This document shows, in pieces, positions 1 through 9,104 of a stretch of 64,000 bases of DNA. Numbering within the stretch: the stretch's first letter is position 1; the number at the start of each line of letters is the position of its first letter. This DNA comes from Vulcanimicrobiota bacterium (GTDB lineage Bacteria > Vulcanimicrobiota > Vulcanimicrobiia > Vulcanimicrobiales > Vulcanimicrobiaceae). The notes beneath the pieces were generated by a model. The model worked only from the letters and a program-made list of their open reading frames with translations. It did not search any database and had not been told where the DNA came from. The stretch spans positions 1,984,001-2,048,000 of the forward strand of contig OY970223.1 in assembly GCA_963714015.1 (NCBI GenBank), given 5' to 3'. Made by a program: the position numbers and the translations under genes.

Positions 1-1118
1 CAGCGCATCTGAACGGCCACGCCAAAGACTTCATTCCTCTGGCGAAGGAACTAGCCGACAGTTCCGCATTGCTTGCGCGCACCACGAACGAAATCCAAGA
101 GTCGATCATGAAGGTGCGGATGGTGCCGATCGGCCAGGTGTTCGATCGGTTTCCTCGTCTGGTGCGCGACGTCGCCAAAGCCCGCGGCAAAGAAGTGCAG
201 CTGATGATCTCCGGCGCCGAAACGGATCTGGACAAGACGATCGTCGACGAGGTCGGCGAGCCGCTCATGCACTTGCTGCGCAACTGCGTTGACCACGGCA
301 TCGAAACTCCGGATGAGCGCGAAAAACGGGGCAAGCCGCGACACGGTACGATTTCGCTCAATGCGTACCACGAAGGCAACCAGATCATCATCGAGGTCAG
401 CGACGACGGCAACGGCATCGATTTGGAGAAGGTGCGCGCGCGCGGCGTCAAGCAGGGGCTCATCGGAGCCGAAGACCGCCTCTCCGACCGCGAGATCGTC
501 GAATTGATCTTCACGCCAGGCTTCTCGACGGCCGAGGTAGTCAGCGACGTCAGCGGACGCGGCGTCGGCATGGACGTCGTCAAAAAGAACATCACCCGCC
601 TCAAAGGCGTCTTCGACGTCAACACGGTCCCGGGCGCCGGCACGGCATTCACGATTAAACTCCCGCTGACGCTCGCGATCATTCAAGCGCTGCTGGTCCG
701 CGTCGTGAACGAACTCTACGCGATTCCGCTGGACTCCGTCATCGAGTCGCAGCGCATCGAGATGCCCGACGTGCGGACCGTCCACGGAAATGAAGTGATC
801 ACCCTGCGCGGGCAAGTGGTCCCGCTGGTGCGCGTTGCCGACTTTTTCGGTTTGGGCGGCCGGCGCGATCCGGAGAAGGTGATGATCGTCATCGTCGGTC
901 TTCAAGGCCGTCAGGTGGGCCTGGTCGTCGACTCTTTTCAGGGCGAACAGGAGATCGTCATCAAGCCGCTCTCCGACGTCGTAGGCCGCATTGCCGGCAT
1001 CTCCGGCGCGACGATTCTGGGCAATGGGTCCATTTCGCTGATCATCGACGTTCACTCACTCGTTTCCGAAGCGTACAATAGCGGGCGCGTCGCGCGCGCC
1101 GAGTTTTCGGGGGTTTAG
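1..1118 (+). CDS. cheA: Chemotaxis histidine kinase CheA, C-terminal part (5' truncated by window edge)
   Basis: Frame is open from position 3. HATPase_c motifs HLLRNCVDHGIE, DDGNGID and FTPGFST..SGRGVGMDVV, followed by a C-terminal CheW-like P5 domain. Confidence 0.97.
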   Translation, partial: AHLNGHAKDFIPLAKELADSSALLARTTNEIQESIMKVRMVPIGQVFDRFPRLVRDVAKARGKEVQLMISGAETDLDKTIVDEVGEPLMHLLRNCVDHGIETPDEREKRGKPRHGTISLNAYHEGNQIIIEVSDDGNGIDLEKVRARGVKQGLIGAEDRLSDREIVELIFTPGFSTAEVVSDVSGRGVGMDVVKKNITRLKGVFDVNTVPGAGTAFTIKLPLTLAIIQALLVRVVNELYAIPLDSVIESQRIEMPDVRTVHGNEVITLRGQVVPLVRVADFFGLGGRRDPEKVMIVIVGLQGRQVGLVVDSFQGEQEIVIKPLSDVVGRIAGISGATILGNGSISLIIDVHSLVSEAYNSGRVARAEFSGV

Positions 1119-1121
1119 GCC

Positions 1122-1625
1122 ATGCAGACAATGGAACACAGGGACAAGACGCAGCTCTCCGGCGAGGTTGTGCAAGTCGTCTCTTTCCGGCTTGGGAATG
1201 AAGAGTACGGCGTCGACATCTCGCAGGTCCAAGAGATCATTCGCATGGTCGAGATCACGCACGTGCCGCGGGCGCCCCGCTTTATGGAAGGCGTCATCAA
1301 TCTGCGCGGCCAGCTGATTCCGATCATCGACTTGCGCACGCGCTTCGGCATGGCGCGCACGGAGCACACCAAGAGCACGCGCATCGTGGTCACGGAGATC
1401 GGGAGCAAGCGCGTGGGCATGGTCGTCGACAGCGTTTCGGAAGTGCTTAACATCCCCATGGAGCACGTCGAGGATGCCCCGGACATGATCGCCAGCGTGG
1501 GGACTGAGTATATTCAAGGCGTCGGCAAAGTGAACGACCGCCTCATCATCCTCCTCGACCTGACGATGGTCATCAACGGCGAGGAGAAGGCCCAGCTGGA
1601 GTCGGTCGAAACCTCAGCGGCTTAG
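1122..1625 (+). CDS. cheW: Chemotaxis coupling protein CheW
   Basis: VVSFRLGNEEYGVDI..VQEII, GVINLRGQLIPIIDLR; starts 3 nt after cheA. Confidence 0.96.
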   Translation: MQTMEHRDKTQLSGEVVQVVSFRLGNEEYGVDISQVQEIIRMVEITHVPRAPRFMEGVINLRGQLIPIIDLRTRFGMARTEHTKSTRIVVTEIGSKRVGMVVDSVSEVLNIPMEHVEDAPDMIASVGTEYIQGVGKVNDRLIILLDLTMVINGEEKAQLESVETSAA

Positions 1626-1648
1626 CTTCGCCGCTCCCGGGGGACCCT

Positions 1649-1712
1649 TAATTCCTTAGTTGACAGAGTGCCTCCCAGGAGGTATAGTCTACTAAGGAAT
1701 TAGTTTAGGAGG
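1649..1712 (+). promoter_or_regulatory. Sigma70-type promoter flanked by inverted operator sites for the BlaI-family repressor, plus SD
   Basis: TTGACA (1660-1665), 17 nt, TATAGT (1683-1688). Perfect 12-bp inverted repeat TAATTCCTTAGT (1649-1660) / ACTAAGGAATTA (1691-1702). AGGAGG at 1707-1712. Confidence 0.85.
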
Positions 1713-1718
1713 ACACCT

Positions 1719-2102
1719 GTGGCCCGGAAGAAGTCGTCTACTCTAACAGAGGCGGAGTTGCGCTTGATGGAGGTGCTTTGGAACAAAGGACGGGCAACCG
1801 TCGCCGAAGTGACCGAAGCGCTGCCCCCGCCGCCGCTTGCCTACAACACCGTTCTCACCACCATGCGCATATTAGAGCAGAAGGGCTACGTCAGCCATAA
1901 GGAAGACGGGCGGGCGTACGTTTACCAGCCGCTCATCCAGCGTGACGATGCCGCCAATTCGGCCGTCGGCAATATTTTGCAACGGTTTTTCGGAAACAAA
2001 TCCGGAGCTTTGGCGCTACGATTAGTCGAAGAGAACCGCCCCAGCGACGAAGAGCTGGCGCGGCTGAAACGCCTTATCGAACAATACGAGGACGAACGGT
2101 AA
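1719..2102 (+). CDS. BlaI/MecI/CopY family transcriptional repressor
   Basis: LTEAELRLMEVLW..ATVAEV..LAYNTVLTTMRILEQKGYV..GRAYVY winged-helix signature; stop overlaps the next start (TAATG). Confidence 0.95.
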   Translation: MARKKSSTLTEAELRLMEVLWNKGRATVAEVTEALPPPPLAYNTVLTTMRILEQKGYVSHKEDGRAYVYQPLIQRDDAANSAVGNILQRFFGNKSGALALRLVEENRPSDEELARLKRLIEQYEDER

Positions 2103-4292
2103 TGTTTTCCATGCTGAGCGCGCTCGAGCCCATTGCGGGAATCACTGTGGCAACGCTGTTCAACAGCTTGTGGGAAGCGGCGTTGCTGGCATTGATCGTT
2201 TGGACGATCTTGCGCATTGCGCCGAACGTCAGTGCGACGACGCGTTATGCGGCGTGGGCTTTCGCGCTGGCCGCCTCAATGCTGCTTCCGCTCGCGACCG
2301 CGATTCCGCAAATACAGATGCGGCATGCGGCCGCGCAGACGCCTGCGCGAACGACGGTGCAGCAACCGGCGCAGCCTGCGCATGTCGCGCGCCCGGCAGC
2401 GGCCGAGACGCAGTCGCGTCAAAGCGCAGCCTGCGCCCGTTCAGAACGTCGCGCCGGACTCCGCGGCGCGTTCGGTAAGCCTGCCGCTGCGCTTCCACTT
2501 CTCGGTTCCCGGATACGTGGCGCTCGGACTCTTTGCCGCATGGGCGCTTGCCGCCCTGGCGCTGCTCGTGCGCTTGGGAATCAGTCTTTACCGCTTGGAG
2601 CGTTTGAAGACGGACGCGCTGCCCTTGCCCATCGACTATCGCGAGCGTTTAGCGAAATGGGCTGCCGCCGACAAGGGCGGACGCGAGGTGCGTCTATGCA
2701 TCTGCGATCAGATCGAAGTTCCGGTTGCCGTGGGATTGTTCGATTCGATGATCCTGATACCGCAGCATCTGCTCGACACGCTCTCGCAAGACGAGATCGA
2801 TCAGATCATGCTGCACGAACTGGCACACTTGCGCCGCGCCGACGATTGGACGAACGGCGTACAGCGACTGATTCAAGCCTTATTTTTCTTCAACCCCGCT
2901 ATGTTGTTCATCGCGCAGCAACTCGATCTCGAGCGTGAAGTCGCTTGCGATGATTGGGTCGTGCGTCAGACGTCCAGCGTGCGTCCGTACGCGTCGTGCT
3001 TGACCAAAATGGCCGAGGTTACCGCGTGGCCGCATCGCGCAATGGCCGCACCAGGCGTCTTCGTAACGCGCCGCGGCCTTTCCGTTCGCGTCGAGCGTCT
3101 GCTTCGGGCAGGCCGCGACATCCGCACGAGCATTTCCTTTGGACCGGCCGGGACGGTCGTGGCGGCATTCGTCGTGCTGTTCTTCGTGCTGCAGACCGTT
3201 GCGCCGAGCTTCGCCTTCACGCAAGAAGACGTCGTGATTCCGGCCCAGCACGTGCAGGTTCCCGCGGAGACGATCAAACTGCCCGCGCGCGACGTCACGA
3301 CGGCCAAAGGCCGGCGCGTGCACGTTGCCGCCCAGACGATTCACGTGGGCGGGAGCACGCTCGACATTCCGCCGCAGCACCTTCACGTCGCGCGCCAGGT
3401 CTCTCAAGTCTCGCCGCCGGAGGTCACGATTCCGGGCCGTCGCTACAGCTCGCATAGTTCTTCGCGCACCACGTACGTTGAAGTTCCGAATCCCAACGTG
3501 CGCGTCAACGTACCCGCGGATCTGGGCGTGAACGCGGCAAACGTCGGAATGGAAGCCGCTAGTCAAGGTCTGCGCCAAGCGGCGCAGGCGCTCCAACATC
3601 GTGGCGATTCGCCCGCTGCGTGGCGATCGTACTCACAGGCGTATTCGCGCGCATTCTCGCACGCCTTCTCAAACGCATACGCGCATAGTGAAGCACAGGG
3701 CTTTAACTGCGTCGGCTGCGATTACACCAACCAGAACTTGGCCGGCAAGAGTTTCCGGGGTCAACGCTTCAACGGCGCCGATTTCAGCCACGACGATCTG
3801 CATGGTGCGGATTTCACGGGCGCGGTGCTGACCGGAGTCGATTTCAGCGACACCAACTTGCGCGGTGTGAGCTTCCGCGGTGCGAAGATGACGGGCTGCG
3901 ATCTTTCGCACGCGGACATCACCAATGCGTCGTTCGACGGCGCGGACGTGACCGGATGCGACGTCGACGCACGGTCGCTCGCTCCCGATCAAGCCGGACA
4001 ATGGCTGCGGACGTGCCGTAACGGGTGCGATTTCAAAGGAGCGAATCTGCGCGGGCAAGATCTGCACGGGCTCGATCTGACGGGCGTCGATCTTTCGAGC
4101 GCGGATCTGACGGGCGCGAATCTGGAGAATGCAAAACTCAGCGGCGTCGATTTCAGCGATGCGAAACTGGATGACGCAAAGCTTAGCGGCGCGGAGTTCG
4201 TCGGGTGTGACTTCAGCCGCGTTAATCTCGGTAACGTCGATATGAGCAACGCCCGCTTCACCGGAGACAAATTCGACGACAGCAGCCGGTGA
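2102..4292 (+). CDS. BlaR1/MecR1-like M56 metallopeptidase with C-terminal pentapeptide-repeat domain (one +1 frame break near 2410)
   Basis: N-terminal TMs in frame 2102. Frame 2217 continues with P.AVGLF..ILIP, HELAHLRRAD (HEXXH), FFFNP, EREVACDD and a TM, then ~190 aa of G[AVC]D[FL]Sxx[DN]L repeats (about 3700-4280). Confidence 0.88.
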
Positions 4293-4322
4293 CGGGCGCT
4301 AATACAAACTAACACCATTTAA

Positions 4323-4365
4323 AAACCAAGCCCGATTCACTGCTCGCGGAGCGCGGGCTTGGTTT
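4323..4365 (+). promoter_or_regulatory. Intergenic stem-loop (possible attenuator or mRNA stabiliser)
   Basis: 12-bp stem AAACCAAGCCCG / CGGGCTTGGTTT enclosing a GCTC-gcg-GAGC hairpin; only a short T run follows. Confidence 0.45.
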
Positions 4366-4393
4366 CCCGCGGCCTGGGACTGGGAGAAACGAT

Positions 4394-5059
4394 ATGACGG
4401 AAAGACTGAAAACTCTCGTATACTTGTTCTGCGCGCTGCTTGCAGCGCCGGCCCTGGCGCCGGTTGCGGTCCTTGCCTCGACCGGCGGCGTCCCGGCGAA
4501 CTGCACCGGTTGCGATCTCTCGCACATGGACTTTCAGGGGCGCGACCTGCGCAGCGTGACGTGGACGGGTGTCGACCTGCAAAACGCGGACTTGCGCGGT
4601 GCGGATCTGCGCGGCGCGCATCTCGTCGGCGCCGACATGGAACACGTTCGTATGGCCGGCGCGAAGGTCAACGGAGCCAAACTGGTCGGAGCCGACATGG
4701 AAGACTCGGATCTACGATCGCTCGATTTTACCGGCGCCGATTTGATCGGTACGGACTTCGAACGCAGCAATCTCTCCGGAACCACGTTCGCCGGGGACAA
4801 GATCGTCGGCGCTTCTTTTCGCGACAGTCTCTCGCAAAACGTAAATTTTAGCAATACGACGCTCTGCTTCCGGAATCGCGACGGCCGCGTTGCGTGCAGC
4901 GATTTCCGCGGCGCGGATCTGCGCGGCGCGAACTTCCAAGGCGCCCAAATCTGCGATTCGCACGACGACGAAGACGATCCGGCGCATTGCTGGGCGCTCG
5001 ACGCGGCAACGCTGCGCAGCGAAGGCCACGCCAATCTGGCAGGGGCCCGCGGGATCTAG
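4394..5059 (+). CDS. Secreted pentapeptide-repeat protein
   Basis: Signal peptide (MTERLKTLVYLFCALLAAP..VLA), NCTGCD cap, ADLRG/ADMEH/ADLIG repeats; SD GGGAGA. Confidence 0.92.
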   Translation: MTERLKTLVYLFCALLAAPALAPVAVLASTGGVPANCTGCDLSHMDFQGRDLRSVTWTGVDLQNADLRGADLRGAHLVGADMEHVRMAGAKVNGAKLVGADMEDSDLRSLDFTGADLIGTDFERSNLSGTTFAGDKIVGASFRDSLSQNVNFSNTTLCFRNRDGRVACSDFRGADLRGANFQGAQICDSHDDEDDPAHCWALDAATLRSEGHANLAGARGI

Positions 5060-5101
5060 AATTCCCAGGGACCGGGGCGCTCGCAAGGTAACGTTGGCGG
5101 C

Positions 5102-5855
5102 ATGGTTTCTCGCCCTGCCGCCGCGTTGCTGATCGCCTTAGCCGTCCCCTCGCCCTCGCCCACGCCGCTAAAGACGATAACGCACGTGCGCGCGCAGCGA
5201 TTGTGCATCGGGCTCAAACGTGCGGTCTATCCGGCAGTTGGGCGCGTGCTCCAAGACGACCAGCTGATCGCTCAAAGCCGCCCGTTCTTCCGCGATTACG
5301 TCAAGCAGTCCGCGTCCGGCAATCATAGCGGAGTCGACCTCGACGTTGCACGCCTGGAACGTTACATCACCCCGCTCGTTCAAAATACCAAAGACGCCGA
5401 ATCCTATTTGAACGATTCGGTCTTTCCGCGCGTGCCCGCATCGAGCGGCGATCGCGATCTACTGGCAATTCGGCATGAGTTGCAAGAAGCGATCGCGCAG
5501 CAGAAGCTGGCTTTGAACCTCATCGGCGGCTTTACGGATACGCAGCAACTCGGTGAGTTGCAGCAGGAAGGCGAAGAATACCCCTCCGCTCCCGAAGGAG
5601 AAAGAGGGAGCTTCGCCGCCGCCGCAGCCCGCACCCAGCGAATCACCGAACGAGCTGCTGAACGCGGGCATTCCCAATCCGCAACGCTCGTCCGATCCGC
5701 GCTTCTCCACGACGAATTCCCTGGAAGGCTACAATCCGTTAAACGGCTTCGATCGGCAGATGGATACCTATCAGCAGAAAATCTCCGCAACCGAAGACGG
5801 CATATCGAAGGCGATTTTCAAAGCCGTCACCGAGTGCGGGGGAAAGGCACCGTAG
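5102..5855 (+). CDS. Hypothetical secreted protein (+1 frame break near 5585)
   Basis: Short signal peptide, PSPSPTPLKTI.HV motif and helical body. Frame 5553 supplies a Pro-rich linker and the C-terminus. Confidence 0.6.
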
Positions 5856-5914
5856 CGCCGTGGCATGGCCGTAAAGTTCAGCTTCCGCGTCTTGAAAACG
5901 CTGCAGTTTGACCG

Positions 5915-6364
5915 TCAATCTGCGGGGATTTTCCAAGTAAAGCCGGCGTAGTTTGCCAGTTCGCCGAGCGCGCCGTTCTTTTTGAACGCGCGCCGCCAAA
6001 CCCGCCGGGCATGGGCAACGTAGCGATCCCGATCGCGCCGCGCGCGCAGGGCAACGATATCGGCTTGGCATTTAACGGCCTGTTCTGCGAGCACGATGCA
6101 GTCGTGCGCGCAGCCGAGCTCGTCGGTCATTTGCGAGAGGAACTCCGCGACCGGCTGCAACTGCGGCAACTGTTTCTGAACCGCTCGATTGCAAAGCGAA
6201 GACGCTTGCACGCCAAACGAAAGGCGTGCATGGCTTCGCCGTCTTCGGCGAAAAGTGCGGGCTGAAGCTCCAAACACTCGGCAAACCGGACGCTCAGCAG
6301 CAGTGAAATCGCCTCATCGATACTCTGCGCGCCGTCGAAGCGCAGCGCTCCGTCCCTGCTTCAC
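5915..6364 (-). CDS. CHAD-domain (half) protein, frame-broken; not captured intact in the ORF track
   Basis: Manual translation gives EAMHAFRLACKRLRFAIE, then after a shift near 6175 MTDELGCAHDCIVL. These match the CHAD HxxRxxxKRLRY and LGxxHD motifs. Confidence 0.7.
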
Positions 6365-6790
6365 GGCCGCAGATCCTGCGAAGTGCTCGGCTGATCGGGT
6401 CGCCGGAAGTTTGCGCCGCGCTTTTTTCCGGCGTTTGAGCAGGCGCCGTCGACGGCCTGCAGTTGTTCGCATTCCCGACCGAACGACATCTTCGCGAATA
6501 CGTGCTCCACGCGCTCGCGCAGGACGTCGGCGTCGCGAACTTTGCCCGCCCGCTCGTGCAATTCGTGAACGCGCTCCCGAAACTCGGGAGCAATGCCGGC
6601 GAGAGGCCCGAGATCGTCGAGCGCGGCGCGCAGACGCGCGAGTTGCTTGCGCGCGCTATGCAGCCGTTTCGCCGACCGCGGCTTTTTGCAATAGGCGGCA
6701 AGGGCCTCGACCCGCTTGCTTGACCTGGAAGCGGATGACTTCTTGAGCCCAAATTTCCAGTGCCCGGACTAGGGTTGCGCGGCGTCCACA
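6361..6790 (-). CDS. CHAD-domain (half) protein, frame-broken
   Basis: Manual translation gives KRLHSARKQLARLRAALDDL..ELHERAGKVRDADVL (CHAD HxxR..RLR and G..RD.DV motifs). The start is approximate. Confidence 0.65.
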
Positions 6791-6835
6791 CGGCGATGCT
6801 TCACCGCCCCGGTCCAGGACCCCGCGAAAAGGCTA

Positions 6836-6864
6836 TTGACATCGAACATACGTTCGATTAGGAT
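6836..6864 (+). promoter_or_regulatory. SOS promoter with LexA box (Cheo-type CGAAC-N4-GTTCG) in the -35/-10 spacer
   Basis: TTGACA (6836-6841), 17 nt, TAGGAT (6859-6864). Palindrome ATCGAAC-ATAC-GTTCGAT at 6841-6858 lies directly upstream of imuA. Confidence 0.92.
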
Positions 6865-6873
6865 CGTGGTCCC

Positions 6874-7626
6874 ATGGATGTGCAAACCGATTCCCGACCC
6901 ACCTTCGCGACCCTCAAGGCGGGGCTGGACGTGCGCGCCGCCGGGCGCATCGTGGCGGCTCGAACGGAGGCGTTTTCGACCGGTTTTCCGCAATTGGACC
7001 AGGCGCTGGGAGGCGGGTTTCCGAGAGGCGCCTTGGCTACGCTCGAAGGCGGTCCCAGCTCCGGACGAACGGCGATTCTGGCCGGCGTGCTGGCGCGGGC
7101 GACTCACTGCGGGCTGGCGGCAATCGTCGACGACGGTACGCTCTATCCGCCCGATCTCGAGCGCTCCGGCGTCTGTCTGGATCGCGTGCTCGTCGTGCAG
7201 GCTCAGGGACCCTGCGCAATTGCGCGCTGTACCGACATTTTGCTTCGTTCTCGCGTCTTTGCCGCGGTTGCGATGCCGGCGGTCTTACTGCGCGCAACGG
7301 TCTGGTCGCGGTTGTGCGGGCTCGCGCAAAAAGCCGGAACCGTGCTCGTTGCACTGGGGGCGCATGCTGCGATGGAGCTGGCCTACTTTGCCTCGACGCG
7401 CGTGCGGTGCGCCATCGAACGGGTTTCCTGGTCGCCCGCGTCGGGCGTGCTCCGTGAACTGTCCGGTTATGACGTCTGCGCGCATGTGCTCAAGCATCGG
7501 CGCGCTGCACCGGGCGCCGTTGCCCACATCCGGATCTCGGCAGAAGAAAGCGGCGCGCCTCTAAGGGGTGGACGCGCCGCAGTCCCTGCCGCCCGTCCGC
7601 TTCGCCTGGCGGGGGCAGGAGGGTGA
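6874..7626 (+). CDS. imuA: ImuA-like RecA-fold mutasome accessory protein
   Basis: STGFPQLDQALGGGFPRG..GGPSSGRT degenerate Walker A; first gene of an imuA-imuB-dnaE2 cassette. Confidence 0.85.
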   Translation: MDVQTDSRPTFATLKAGLDVRAAGRIVAARTEAFSTGFPQLDQALGGGFPRGALATLEGGPSSGRTAILAGVLARATHCGLAAIVDDGTLYPPDLERSGVCLDRVLVVQAQGPCAIARCTDILLRSRVFAAVAMPAVLLRATVWSRLCGLAQKAGTVLVALGAHAAMELAYFASTRVRCAIERVSWSPASGVLRELSGYDVCAHVLKHRRAAPGAVAHIRISAEESGAPLRGGRAAVPAARPLRLAGAGG

Positions 7627-9104
7627 GATGGATCAAGTTTACGCCGGAGCGTTTGCGCCGACATGGAGTTTTGATTAAAATGCTGCTCTGCGTGCACGTG
7701 CCGGCATTCCGTTTGGCCGTGGCGCGGCGCGAACGCCCCGACGTTCCTGCAGACGAACCCGCGGTGCTCGCCGACAAAGCCGATCGCGGCCGCGTGATCG
7801 AACTCGATCCGCGCGCCCGGGCGCTTGGCGCGCGTATCGGGCAGACGGTACTGCAGGCGCGGGCCGCGTCGGGCGGGGTGCACGTGCTGGTGCACGATGC
7901 CGGACGTTCCCAGCGCGTGTGGAGCGATATGCTCGACGCGCTCGACGCGGTCTCACCCTTAATCGACGACAGCGGCGAGGGAACGGCGTATCTCGAAATG
8001 CGCGGCGCCTCCGGCGATGCAAACGTCTGGAAGAGCGGTGTGCAGTGCGCCCTGGAGCGTTTCGATCTGCCGGTGCGCACGGCGACCGGATCCAACAAGT
8101 TCCTGGCGCGCGCGCTCACGTACGCACCGGACGGCTGCATCGAACGTTTGCCGATCGACATCCTGCAGATAGAGCCGCGCATCGTCGAACGGTTGCGCTT
8201 GCTGGGCGTGCGCACGCTGGAAGATCTGGCGAAGCTGCCGCACGGACCGTTCGTCCGGCGTTTCGGCAAGGCCGCAGCAGAGTGGCACGAACGAGCGCGC
8301 GGCATCGATCCCACGCCGCTTCGTCCGCGCGCCCACGAACTGCAGATCGATGCGGCCGTCTTTGGTGAAGGGACCGCCGAACAAGAGGAGCAGGTGTACT
8401 TCGCAGTGCGCGTGCTGGCCGAGCGCATCTGCGCCGATCTGACCCGCGCAGGTAAGGCTGCAAGTTTGGTTCGCCTGACGTTCGAATGTGAAAACGGCGA
8501 CGTACGCGAGATCGACACCGGTTTTGCGCAGGCGACGGCCGATCCGCGCATGATGCTCGACGTCATGCGCGCGAAGCTGGAAGGCGCCGCGTTCGATGCA
8601 CCGATCACCGGTTTGCGCATGCAGGCGATGCGGCTCGAAGAGGGCGGCGCGCCGGCGGCACTCTTCGGGCAAAACGAGGTCGACCGCCAAGCCTTGGCGG
8701 TTGCGCTCGCGCGATTGCACGCCGCAACGGGAAGTGTGCCGCTGCGCCCTCACGTGCGCGCAGCAGCGAATTTCGAAGAGCGCTTCCGGTACGAGGGTTT
8801 CGATCCGTCGTTCGATCGGCTCTGCCCTTCGAGGCCGGTCGCCATGACCGGGGGGGCGAAAAACGTGGTGCCGCAACTGCGGCTTCTGACGGTACGAGAA
8901 GTTGCCGTGACGATGCGCGGCAACGCTCCGGAAAAAGTCGGCACTCGCGCAGTGCTCGACTGCGCGGGACCCTGGCGCGTCGACGACGGCTGGTTCGAGT
9001 CGCCGGTCGTGCGCGACGAGTTCGACGTGCTGCTCGACGACGGAATGCTTTGCCGCATCTATCGTCAAGGAGAGCATTGGTATCTGCGAGGTGCATATGA
9101 TTGA
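7623..9104 (+). CDS. imuB: ImuB, catalytically inactive Y-family polymerase (true start may be ATG near 7680)
   Basis: Y-family fold features (LRLLGVRTLEDLA, RRFG) and the C-terminal GPWRVDDGW..RDEFDV..LRGAYD motif typical of ImuB. Confidence 0.88.
   Translation: MRWIKFTPERLRRHGVLIKMLLCVHVPAFRLAVARRERPDVPADEPAVLADKADRGRVIELDPRARALGARIGQTVLQARAASGGVHVLVHDAGRSQRVWSDMLDALDAVSPLIDDSGEGTAYLEMRGASGDANVWKSGVQCALERFDLPVRTATGSNKFLARALTYAPDGCIERLPIDILQIEPRIVERLRLLGVRTLEDLAKLPHGPFVRRFGKAAAEWHERARGIDPTPLRPRAHELQIDAAVFGEGTAEQEEQVYFAVRVLAERICADLTRAGKAASLVRLTFECENGDVREIDTGFAQATADPRMMLDVMRAKLEGAAFDAPITGLRMQAMRLEEGGAPAALFGQNEVDRQALAVALARLHAATGSVPLRPHVRAAANFEERFRYEGFDPSFDRLCPSRPVAMTGGAKNVVPQLRLLTVREVAVTMRGNAPEKVGTRAVLDCAGPWRVDDGWFESPVVRDEFDVLLDDGMLCRIYRQGEHWYLRGAYD

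Noticed and set aside
3700..5000. Recurrent GCGGATCTGCGCGGC-like DNA repeats as a possible CRISPR or tandem array
   Set aside because: They are in-frame codons of pentapeptide repeats; there is no constant repeat with unique spacers and no cas genes.
6463..6723. Plus-strand 86-aa ORF with natural-looking sequence
   Set aside because: It is the antisense shadow of the minus-strand CHAD coding region, which has recognisable motifs.
6765..6800. CTAGGGTT..ACACGGCG resembling ykkC/guanidine-I riboswitch fragments
   Set aside because: Spacing and the remaining conserved elements are absent; it lies antisense within the CHAD gene start and upstream of the imuA promoter.
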